This document shows, piece by piece, positions 18,800 through 26,644 of a DNA stretch of 64,000 nucleotides. The DNA lies in contig JBDIBB010000002.1 in NCBI GenBank assembly GCA_039812685.1, forward strand, positions 17,291 through 81,290, in the 5' to 3' direction. The notes beneath the pieces were generated by a model. The model made no database searches. It saw nothing but the letters and a program-made list of their open reading frames with translations, and was not told where the DNA came from. The position numbers and the translations under genes are program-made. How positions within the stretch are numbered: position 1 is the stretch's first letter; each line of letters opens with the position of its first letter. Source of the DNA: Vicinamibacteraceae bacterium. Lineage in GTDB: Bacteria; Acidobacteriota; Vicinamibacteria; Vicinamibacterales; JAFNAJ01.

Positions 18800-19923
18800 G
18801 GGTGATGCGGCGCGTCGAGCACCGACCGGTAGACCGCCTCGATCCGTGCGACGGTTCGCGCCCAGGCATAGCGACGCGCCACGAGCGCTTTCGCGCGCCT
18901 GGCGATCACGGACCGCTTCCCGTCACTCAGCGCGCGGACGATTTGCCGGCCCGCGCTGACGGCGCTCCCGTCGAGCCCGAAGCCGTTGATGCCTGGCCGC
19001 AGGTAGTCCTCGATGCCCGGGACGATGCGGGCCGCCACGGGGACGCCCAGTGCCATGGCCTCGAGGACGGCGATCCCCTGCCCTTCATCGCGTGACAGCG
19101 ACACGAACAGGTCCCATCGCCTCACCCGCGCGAGCGCGTTCCGGACGTACCCGGTAAGGGTGACGGCGTCGGTCAGCCCGAGGCGTGACACTTCGCGGCC
19201 GACCGCCTGCCCGTATGCCGGATCGGCCGTGGGCCCGACCAGCTCCAGCGTGGCGGCGGGAAGTGCCCGGCGCACGTGGGCAAAGGCCCGGACCACGTCG
19301 AGTTGCGCCTTGCGCGGCTCGATGCGGCCGACGCATCCCACCCGCCGGCCGGACGCGAGAGGCGTGGCCACCGCGGCGACATCCAGAGGCGGAAGTCCCC
19401 ACTCGATCCGGATGAGCCTCCTTCGCGCCACGCCCGCCGCGAGCAGGTGCGACTCGTACGCCGTCGCGGTGCAGAGCACGCGGTCTGCGAGGCGATGCCC
19501 GGCGAAATCCATGTCGTTCATCCAGGGCGGGCGTCCCGGAGCCCAGCTGTGGACCTGGCTCACGATTGGAAGTCGCCGGCCGCCGCGCCCGCGGCACAGC
19601 GTGGCGGCGCACGTGGGCACGCCGGCATGGGCGTGCACGACGTCAGGCTGCCACGTGTCGATGAGGCGCTGGAGGATCGCGACCCCACGCCAGAACACTT
19701 CCGGCTGCCGATCGAACAGATCAATCCGCGCGTGGTCGATGCCCGCCTCGGCAAGCCGCCGCCGATACGGTTTCCAGTCGCGAAGCCCCCGCGACGACCC
19801 GCTCGTGACGACCATCACCTCATTGGTGGCGGCCTGCGAGACGCACAGGGCGGTGATCACCCGCCCGGCGCCGCTCCAGAGGAACGGCGCCATCTGCAGG
19901 ACGCGCAAGCGGCTCGACATCAT
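18796..19923 (-). CDS. GT4-family glycosyltransferase
   Basis: RVLQMAPFLWSGAGRV, VVHAHAGVP, GRIEPRKAQ and LFVSLSRDEGQGIAVLEAMALGVPV. I place the start at MMSSRL (19923); the track ORF start at 20100 adds an Arg-rich non-protein-like leader. Confidence 0.85.
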   Translation of the reverse strand: MMSSRLRVLQMAPFLWSGAGRVITALCVSQAATNEVMVVTSGSSRGLRDWKPYRRRLAEAGIDHARIDLFDRQPEVFWRGVAILQRLIDTWQPDVVHAHAGVPTCAATLCRGRGGRRLPIVSQVHSWAPGRPPWMNDMDFAGHRLADRVLCTATAYESHLLAAGVARRRLIRIEWGLPPLDVAAVATPLASGRRVGCVGRIEPRKAQLDVVRAFAHVRRALPAATLELVGPTADPAYGQAVGREVSRLGLTDAVTLTGYVRNALARVRRWDLFVSLSRDEGQGIAVLEAMALGVPVAARIVPGIEDYLRPGINGFGLDGSAVSAGRQIVRALSDGKRSVIARRAKALVARRYAWARTVARIEAVYRSVLDAPHHP

Positions 19924-20105
19924 GGGAAGGCAGTGTGGTCGCGAGCAGGCTCGACCCGCGTCACGTCGCCTCGCGTGCCAGAGCGGGGTGGGGTGACGAC
20001 CCCTCCGGCAGGTCCCGCCAGGACTCGGCGCGCGCCGGCAGTCGCGAGTCTTATCGGCCCTCGGAGGCCCGGTCTGCAGCCAGCCCCCCGGCCCGCACAC
20101 GATGC

Positions 20106-20124
20106 GCCGCCCGTTGCGGGCGGC
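20106..20124 (-). terminator. GC-rich hairpin 5 nt after the DUF115 gene stop (no U-tract)
   Basis: Minus-strand RNA GCCGCCCG-CAA-CGGGCGGC forms an 8-bp stem. It lies in the only long (205 nt) gap of the glycosylation operon. Confidence 0.3.
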
Positions 20125-20128
20125 CAGC

Positions 20129-21319
20129 TCACGGACCGCACAGCCCGTCGAGGTCGGCGACCACGATGGAATCAGCAGCCCGGCCCCGGCCGGTCAGCCA
20201 CGTGACGATCTCCGCATGGTGCACCGAGGCCACGAGCACTACGGCCTCGCGCCAGCGATCCTCGTCGAGTTGCGCGGGCGGCGCCACCATCACGCCGTGC
20301 AGTCTGCCGCCGGCCTTCTCTGGATCGGCATCCACGACGAGGTCGATTCGCGGTCCGAGGCCGTCGAGCAACGCCGCGACCCCGCGACCGCCGCTGCCTG
20401 CTCCCCACAGCGCGAGCCGGCGGCGTGTGCCTCCCGGCCCTCCGGTTGCTCGCGTCGCGATGCGCAGGCGCAGGGCCAGGTGCCGGGCCGCGCGCTGCCG
20501 TGCCGTGGCGCGCGCGCCGCCCGGCCAGTCGGCGCCCGGACGCGCGAGCGTCACCGCCTCATCGAGCGTCACACGCTCGAGCGCCTCGACGCGTCCGCCC
20601 CGCGTGGCGTTGAGCAGCGCGACGCCGCGGCGCGCCAGCTCACGGCCGAACCAGACGAAGGCCGGCCTCGCGTGTGTCTCGTAGTCGAACCCGGGATTGG
20701 TGTGGGTCACGTTCCCGGCGAAGTGGGTCAGGGGCCCGGTGTAGTCCATGTCGACGCCGAGCAGGACGATGGTGTCCGCACCGAGGAACACGGCCAGCTG
20801 AATGGCGGCGAAGATGACCGAATGGCCGGCGTGCTCGATCGCCTGGCCGAGGTCGAGACCTGACGTGAACCCGACGTGCGGTTCGACGTCCCAGCCACCG
20901 TCCTGCCGTGGCGACAACCATGGCTTCGACCAGAGCACGCAGGCGCCAGGATGACGGTCGACGAGGGCCAGCCAGTCCGTCGTCAGACGGTTCGGGGCCA
21001 CGACGGTCGGCCCCCGACCGGCTGACAGTTCGCCGAGCAGTTCCTCGGCCCGCGCGTTGTCGGTGACGATCTGCCATCGGCTCGCGACGCGGGTGCCGGT
21101 GAGGAACCGGTGCGCATGGTTCGTGCAGATGACGTGACACCCCTCCAGCCGCGACGGATCCTCGTCACGCAGGGAGGGGCCCGCCCCCAGGCAGAACACC
21201 ACCTGGCCCGCGAGCGAGCCCGCGTGCCGGCGTAACGCCGCGTGACCGCGTGCCGAACGCTCGCGGTAAGCCTCGATCAGGCGTAGCGCCGCCCGCAGGC
21301 GCTCTCCCCCGCCGCCCAT
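20129..21319 (-). CDS. Maf/DUF115 (MptE-like) family glycosyltransferase-like protein with C-terminal NeuD/PglD-N-like module
   Basis: FCLGAGPSL...VICTN...HSVIFAAIQLAVFLGADTIVLLGVDMDY is the DUF115 pattern. C-terminal RLALWGAGSGGRGVA...LVVDADPEKAGGRLHGVMV. Start MGGGGE at 21319 shares 1 nt with the upstream stop (TGATG). Confidence 0.7.
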   Translation of the reverse strand: MGGGGERLRAALRLIEAYRERSARGHAALRRHAGSLAGQVVFCLGAGPSLRDEDPSRLEGCHVICTNHAHRFLTGTRVASRWQIVTDNARAEELLGELSAGRGPTVVAPNRLTTDWLALVDRHPGACVLWSKPWLSPRQDGGWDVEPHVGFTSGLDLGQAIEHAGHSVIFAAIQLAVFLGADTIVLLGVDMDYTGPLTHFAGNVTHTNPGFDYETHARPAFVWFGRELARRGVALLNATRGGRVEALERVTLDEAVTLARPGADWPGGARATARQRAARHLALRLRIATRATGGPGGTRRRLALWGAGSGGRGVAALLDGLGPRIDLVVDADPEKAGGRLHGVMVAPPAQLDEDRWREAVVLVASVHHAEIVTWLTGRGRAADSIVVADLDGLCGP

Positions 21320-22005
21320 CACGGCCGCTCCTCGAACAGCCGCTCCGCAATGTGCAGATCCTCGAGCGTGTCGATGTCGAGCGCCTCGAGCCGCGGCACC
21401 AGATGGAAGAGCGGGTTCCGGCCCACGCGACATCCCTGCCGCAGCACGACCTCCCGTGTAACGGCATACAGCCCCGTCGTCTCCTTGACGTAGCGGACGT
21501 CCTGCGACCGAGGCAGGCCGTCGGGACGGCCGGGGTCGTAGTTCACCGGGGCGCCGCGGTACCAGAGGAACCCGGTCTCCTCGGTGGCCAGCAGCACCGA
21601 GTCGTGCTCCGGATCGCGCACCAGCCGCTCCACGGCCGCCACGACGGTCTGGCCGCGCAGCGACAGCGCCGTCACGAACACCTGCACGTAGTAGTCGTAC
21701 TCGCCGCGCGCGGCCGCGAACTGCTGCAGCAGGTGGTTGCCGTTGGCCTCGTTGCTCGCGTACCACTCCGGCCGGCGGTGAAACCGGAATCGAGCCTGCT
21801 GTGCGGGATCGAGCCTGGCGAAGACGGCATCGTCCTCACTGTCGACGAACAGATCCCAGTGGTCGGGGCAGTGCCGCACGAGTTCGTCGAGCAGCCAGTA
21901 GCACAGCGGCCTGCCGCGGAACGGGTGGAAGTTCTTGTTCGGGATGCGCTCGCTCGATCGGTGCTTGAGCGGAACCTGGACCACCACGCGGGGGTGCTTG
22001 TTCAT
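21319..22005 (-). CDS. acylneuraminate/CMP-ulosonic acid cytidylyltransferase family protein (CTP_transf_3-like)
   Basis: VVVQVPLKHRSSERIPNKNF resembles the IPAR-GSK-IP-KN motif. About 228 aa, with a NeuA/PseF-like layout. I place the start at MNKHPR (22005). Confidence 0.7.
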   Translation of the reverse strand: MNKHPRVVVQVPLKHRSSERIPNKNFHPFRGRPLCYWLLDELVRHCPDHWDLFVDSEDDAVFARLDPAQQARFRFHRRPEWYASNEANGNHLLQQFAAARGEYDYYVQVFVTALSLRGQTVVAAVERLVRDPEHDSVLLATEETGFLWYRGAPVNYDPGRPDGLPRSQDVRYVKETTGLYAVTREVVLRQGCRVGRNPLFHLVPRLEALDIDTLEDLHIAERLFEERP

Positions 22006-22060
22006 GCCTGGCCTGCCTCGACACGCGTTGCCGGCTTCCGTCGGGTCGCAGCGCACCGTC

Positions 22061-24496
22061 TCACGGCTGCCTCGACTGCCTGGCGGGCAGCGCTTCGACC
22101 AGCAACGGCGCTGTCAGTTCGGACCGCGACGCCACGAAGATCGCCCGGCGCACACAGGCCGCGTCCTCGTCCCAGTCCGTCGGAAACTGGTGATGGCTGG
22201 GCTGGGTGATGGGCACGTAGACGAACGGGAACCGGCCCCGGAGCCACTCGAACAGCCACTTGCGGCCGGGCCGGCACGTGCCGCCGGTGACTGAGTCGTT
22301 CGGGGTGCCCGCCGCGCGCGGGCCGGCGATCCAGCGGCGCTCGTCGGCGTTGGGAGCGACGATCGTCTCGATCAGCAGCAACTCGCCGGTGGCCCGGCTG
22401 AGCCACTCGAGGCCAGGCTCGGGATCCGACAGGTGGTAGAGGGTTCCGTAGCAGAACACGACCTGAGAGGTGGGCGCCAGCGGCGGCGGCGGATCCAGAT
22501 CCAGCGGCAGAACCGACACGGCGGCGTGATCCCGAAATCGTTGCCGGAGCATGGCGAGGTTCGTCTCGCGCGCGTCGGTCGTGACGACGTGGCAACCGCG
22601 ATCGAGGAAGAACCCCGTCAACTGCCCCCCGCCGGCGCCTGTCTCCAGGACGTGGGTGCCGGCCAGCGGCAGTTCGAGCGAGGCAAGATGCTCCAGCCGC
22701 CGGCTGACGTACTGCAGGTAGTGATTCGTGCGGAAGACGTCGCGGCCCGCCGCCTCCGGTTCGGGCGTCTCGACGAACGGCGTCGCCGGCTCGCTTCGTC
22801 CGCCGCTCGCACGCGCGCTGCTGAGCCGGCGCAGCGACCGGCGCCAGTCGCCAACCGTCGAACGCCACTCCAAAGCCGCCTCCCCGTCGAGCGCCGACGA
22901 GAACGCCGCCAACGCGTTGTCGTGATCGGAGGGATCTGACACCGACCCCCACTCACGCCATGGCGGGCCGAGTGCCGCGCCGGCCGCCTCCACGAGCCCG
23001 CGGGCGAGCGTCTGTCGCAGGACGTGCAGCCGGTCCCGATCCGGCGCGACGATCCGTTCGGGCACCACGGGCACGGGCCCGCGATGCGAGAGAAGCGGCC
23101 CATCGTGCCCGGACGGGACCTCGATCCACGGAGCCGCGAGCACCCCCGCCCCGGTCGCGTTCACGAACCGCACACCGCTGTGACGACGGCAGAACGCGGC
23201 CACCCAGTCGCGAAACGTCAGCAGCCGGGCGGACGTCCTGACATCACGGCCGTCGATGCCCCGTTCGACGACGAAGGGCGGAGGCATCCAGTCGCGCCAG
23301 GCGTCCTCGAGAGAGACGCCGCCGGCCACCGCCCTCGCCCAGTCCCTTTCGTACACGGTGCCGCGGCAATAGGGCTGCCCTCCGGTGTACGCGAAGTCGG
23401 CGCCAACCAGCACGATCGGATCGCAGCCCAGCTTCACGGCGAGGTCGAGCGTCGTCGTGAACACCGACCCCCAGGCGAGCAGCCGCGCACGCTCGATCCC
23501 CTGGTCCAGCAGCCACGGCCACGGGTGATGGCGGTCCACGCGGAACGTGAACACCCGGCCATCGAACGGCTCGAAGGCGCCCGGAGCCAGGCTTGGTTCG
23601 GCAACGAGGTGGGTTCGCGCGGGGACGGCATCCACGGCCAGGTGGCGCAGGTTGGGCTCGCCCGGATCGACGGCTGCCACGAAATCGGGCTCGATGCCGG
23701 CTGCCAGGCAGGGCCGCAGGGCCGTGTCGACGGCGATGAGCAGCGCGTGGTCCCGATGGGACCTGATCTCTTCGAGGTTGCGATTCAGCGACGGGCCGGC
23801 CGCCAGCAGGAACGCCGGCACGCCGCCGAAGCGCCCGAACAGTTCGCCCACGTCACGGGAGCCGACGAGATGGCGCAGGTTCGCCAGCGTATTCAGCAGA
23901 TACGGCCCTGCGAAGCGCCTTCGCGCGGCTTCGTTGGCGGCGGCATTGAACAGCAGCCGCCGGACGGTCTCCGCCGCGCGTTTCGCCTCGCCGGGCCGCT
24001 CGCGGGCGATGACCGGATGGACGACGATGGGCGGGACACCGTCGCTCCTGCCGATCCACGACACCAGGTCCAGCCAGCCGTCGAAGTCGGGCCCGGCGAG
24101 CATCCGCAGCTGCCCTGCCGCAATCGGCCTCTCCCACGAACGCCGGGAGAGCGTTGCCCGGAGCGAGGCCGCCGATGGCTCGACCAGGAGCGTGCGAGCG
24201 TCACCGCCGCGGCGTTCGAGGGCGTCGAGCGCGAAGCCCGCGCCCGCGCCGATGAGAATTACCAGCGGTACTGCGGCGTCAGCTGGGGGCAGGAGCCGCT
24301 CCGCCTCGGCGATGGTGTCGCGGCGGCCGTGCATGCGGACGAGTCCGCGGCGGGTGCGCAGCGAAACGCCAGTGACCTCGCCAGCTTCGTATTCCAGCTC
24401 GCCATCCGCGTCGGCGGTCGCCAGCCATGCCGCAGGGTCGCGGTGTCCCGCACCGACGAGGGCGGTGAGATTCGTGTGGAGGTGACGTTCCGGCAT
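22061..24496 (-). CDS. Maf/DUF115 domain protein fused to a C-terminal class I SAM methyltransferase
   Basis: FLLAAGPSLNRNLEEIRSHRDHALLIAVDTAL...DPIVLVGADFAY is the DUF115 pattern. The C-terminal part has VLETGAGGGQLTGFFLDRGCHVVTTD...VVFCYGTLYHL (methyltransferase motifs I-III). Confidence 0.75.
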   Translation of the reverse strand: MPERHLHTNLTALVGAGHRDPAAWLATADADGELEYEAGEVTGVSLRTRRGLVRMHGRRDTIAEAERLLPPADAAVPLVILIGAGAGFALDALERRGGDARTLLVEPSAASLRATLSRRSWERPIAAGQLRMLAGPDFDGWLDLVSWIGRSDGVPPIVVHPVIARERPGEAKRAAETVRRLLFNAAANEAARRRFAGPYLLNTLANLRHLVGSRDVGELFGRFGGVPAFLLAAGPSLNRNLEEIRSHRDHALLIAVDTALRPCLAAGIEPDFVAAVDPGEPNLRHLAVDAVPARTHLVAEPSLAPGAFEPFDGRVFTFRVDRHHPWPWLLDQGIERARLLAWGSVFTTTLDLAVKLGCDPIVLVGADFAYTGGQPYCRGTVYERDWARAVAGGVSLEDAWRDWMPPPFVVERGIDGRDVRTSARLLTFRDWVAAFCRRHSGVRFVNATGAGVLAAPWIEVPSGHDGPLLSHRGPVPVVPERIVAPDRDRLHVLRQTLARGLVEAAGAALGPPWREWGSVSDPSDHDNALAAFSSALDGEAALEWRSTVGDWRRSLRRLSSARASGGRSEPATPFVETPEPEAAGRDVFRTNHYLQYVSRRLEHLASLELPLAGTHVLETGAGGGQLTGFFLDRGCHVVTTDARETNLAMLRQRFRDHAAVSVLPLDLDPPPPLAPTSQVVFCYGTLYHLSDPEPGLEWLSRATGELLLIETIVAPNADERRWIAGPRAAGTPNDSVTGGTCRPGRKWLFEWLRGRFPFVYVPITQPSHHQFPTDWDEDAACVRRAIFVASRSELTAPLLVEALPARQSRQP

Positions 24497-24642
24497 GCAG
24501 CAGATGGGCGACGCCCGGTCGGTGTGCCTGCCGGCGCCGCCACCGAACCCGCCGTCCGCCTCCCGTGCTATCGGATGAACCCCGGTTGGGGCACAGCCTT
24601 GCGCGACGGGCGGGGCCGGTCGCCAGCCGGCCGCTGAAGGGG

Positions 24643-24648
24643 CATAAT
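24643..24648 (+). promoter_or_regulatory. -10 box CATAAT, 6 nt upstream of the ATG (leaderless-type promoter)
   Basis: GGGCATAATGCCCGCATG. The sequence is fixed by three overlapping track translations (KGHNARM, MPACP, GHAGIMP). Confidence 0.45.
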
Positions 24649-24654
24649 GCCCGC

Positions 24655-25764
24655 ATGTCCTGGGCCGCCCTTCGCGCCGAGTTCCCCGCTCTCGCCCGCC
24701 ACACCTACCTCAACGCCGCCGCCGGCAGCCCGACGCCGAGGCCGGTTCGCGCCGCCGTCGAGCTCTACCATCGGCAGCTCGAGGACGATGGCGACCTGCA
24801 CTGGGACAGCTGGCTCGAGCGCCGCGAGCAGGTGCGCGCGGCCGTCGCACGGCTGGTGAACGCGGCGCCGGACGAGATCGCCTTCGTCACGAACACATCG
24901 GCCGGCATCAACGCCGTCGCCGACCTCATCCAGCACGACGGTCCGGTCGTGACCGACACCCTCGAGTTCCCGACGGTCACGCTGCCCTTCATCCACCGCG
25001 GCTGCGACGTGCGGTTTGCCGAGCCGCGCGAAGACGGGGCGCTGGTGGCGGGCAACTTCTGTCCCGCGCGCTGCCAGGGCTGCGCCACCATCCTGATCAG
25101 CCACGTCCAGTTCAGCAACGGGTGCCGTCTGGATCTCGACGCGTTCGGCACGATCAAGGGCGACCGCCACCTGGTGGTCAGTGCCAGCCAGTCGGCCGGC
25201 GCCTTCCCGATCGACGTGCGCAGGACCCGGATCGACGCGCTCGCCACCGCGGGCCACAAGTGGCTGTGCGCGGGTTACGGTGCCGGGTTCCTGTTCCTGT
25301 CGCGCCCGCTGCTGGCGCGACGTCCGCTGTCGATGGGCTGGCTGAGCGTGCAGGATCCGTACAGCTTCGACAACCGGCGTTACGTGCTGCTGGACGAGGC
25401 GCGCCGCGTCGAGATGGGCTGCCCGCCGCTGGCGCCGATCTTCGCGCTGGGCGCCGCCGTCGAGTTCCTGCTCGACATCGGCCTCGACCGCATCGCCCAG
25501 CGGGTGCTCGCCCTCAACACCTACCTCACCGACGGCCTGGCACGCATCGGCGTGCGGGTGCTCTCGCCCGGCGGTCCGCACCGATCGGGCGAGACGCTGT
25601 GCGCCTTTGCCGACCCCGCCCACGTGACCGGCTACCTCGCCGCGCGCAACATCCAGGTGACCCGGAAGCCGGAGGGCATCCGTGTCTCCACGCATTTCTA
25701 CAACGACGAGCAGGATGTCGATCGCCTGATCGAGGCGCTTGCCGAGTACCGGCCGCCGGCGTGA
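24655..25764 (+). CDS. aminotransferase class V-fold PLP-dependent enzyme (cysteine desulfurase/epimerase-like)
   Basis: LRAEFPALARHTYLNAAAGSP at the N-terminus, PLP-lysine region ALATAGHKWLCAGYGAGFL and RVSTHFYN. I place the start at MSWAAL. Confidence 0.85.
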   Translation: MSWAALRAEFPALARHTYLNAAAGSPTPRPVRAAVELYHRQLEDDGDLHWDSWLERREQVRAAVARLVNAAPDEIAFVTNTSAGINAVADLIQHDGPVVTDTLEFPTVTLPFIHRGCDVRFAEPREDGALVAGNFCPARCQGCATILISHVQFSNGCRLDLDAFGTIKGDRHLVVSASQSAGAFPIDVRRTRIDALATAGHKWLCAGYGAGFLFLSRPLLARRPLSMGWLSVQDPYSFDNRRYVLLDEARRVEMGCPPLAPIFALGAAVEFLLDIGLDRIAQRVLALNTYLTDGLARIGVRVLSPGGPHRSGETLCAFADPAHVTGYLAARNIQVTRKPEGIRVSTHFYNDEQDVDRLIEALAEYRPPA

Positions 25765-25797
25765 CGCGAACGCGGGGCCGGGCGCGGCTCGACGGCC

Positions 25798-25803
25798 TAT
25801 AAT
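25798..25803 (+). promoter_or_regulatory. -10 box TATAAT, 6 nt upstream of the mntA GTG
   Basis: CCTATAATCGCGTCGTG. The sequence is fixed by overlapping track translations (PIIASW on plus, TTRL-stop on minus). Confidence 0.45.
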
Positions 25804-25809
25804 CGCGTC

Positions 25810-26217
25810 GTGGATCCGGACGAGATCGACGTGCTGCGCGATCTGCTGGCGCGCACTGCTGGGCCCGACGTCGTCGCGGCCTGGCTGTTCGGAAGCCACG
25901 GCCGCGGCCAGGCAGGGCCCTCCAGTGACATCGACCTCGCGCTGCTCCGCACCTCCGCGCCGACGACGCTCGACTGCCTCCCGGACGCCCTCGCGGGGGC
26001 CGTCGAGCAGCGAATGCGGGCCGAGGTAGACCTGGTGGTGCTCAACGCCGCATCGCCCGATCTGGTGCATCGAGTGCTCCGGGACGGGATCCTGTTGCTC
26101 GAGCGCGACCGCCCGGCGCGCATCGCCTTCGAGGTCCGGGCGCGCAACGCGTACTTCGACCTGCAGCCGGTGCTCGCGCGTTACCGCCGCGGCCCCGCCC
26201 GCGAGATGCACCGATGA
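25810..26217 (+). CDS. mntA: nucleotidyltransferase-domain antitoxin (MntA-type, type VII TA)
   Basis: WLFGSHGRGQAGPSSDIDLALL is the minimal NTase GS...DxD motif. ATGA overlap with the downstream DUF86 gene. Confidence 0.8.
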   Translation: MDPDEIDVLRDLLARTAGPDVVAAWLFGSHGRGQAGPSSDIDLALLRTSAPTTLDCLPDALAGAVEQRMRAEVDLVVLNAASPDLVHRVLRDGILLLERDRPARIAFEVRARNAYFDLQPVLARYRRGPAREMHR

Positions 26218-26624
26218 CCGACCCCGAACTGGTACTGAAGAAGATCGCGGTCGTCGAGACGTGCGTCATCGAGCTGCAGCGCCTGGCTCGGCCGGATCGG
26301 CTCGCGGACGACATCAAGGAGCGGCGCTTCGTCGAGCGGACACTGCAGGTGGCGCTGCAAGCGGTACTGGATGTCTGCTCGCACATTGTCTCGGACGAGC
26401 GGCTTGGCGAGCCCGCGACCAACCGGGACCTCGTGCGCACCCTCGCCGTGCACGGGTGGCTCAGCGCCAGGCTCGGCGACACGCTCCAGAAGATGGTGGG
26501 CTTCCGGAACATCCTCGTCCATGACTACGACGACGTGAACGTGGGCATCCTGCGCTCGATCGTGGAACGCCACCTCGTTGATCTCGAGGCGTTCGCCGCG
26601 CAGGTGCGCAGCCGGCTCTCCTGA
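26214..26624 (+). CDS. hepT: HepT-like (DUF86) RNase toxin
   Basis: About 136 aa, with the RNILVHDY (Rx4HxY) motif near the C-terminus. Confidence 0.8.
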   Translation: MTDPELVLKKIAVVETCVIELQRLARPDRLADDIKERRFVERTLQVALQAVLDVCSHIVSDERLGEPATNRDLVRTLAVHGWLSARLGDTLQKMVGFRNILVHDYDDVNVGILRSIVERHLVDLEAFAAQVRSRLS

Positions 26625-26644
26625 TCGCCACGGGCCGCGCGGCC

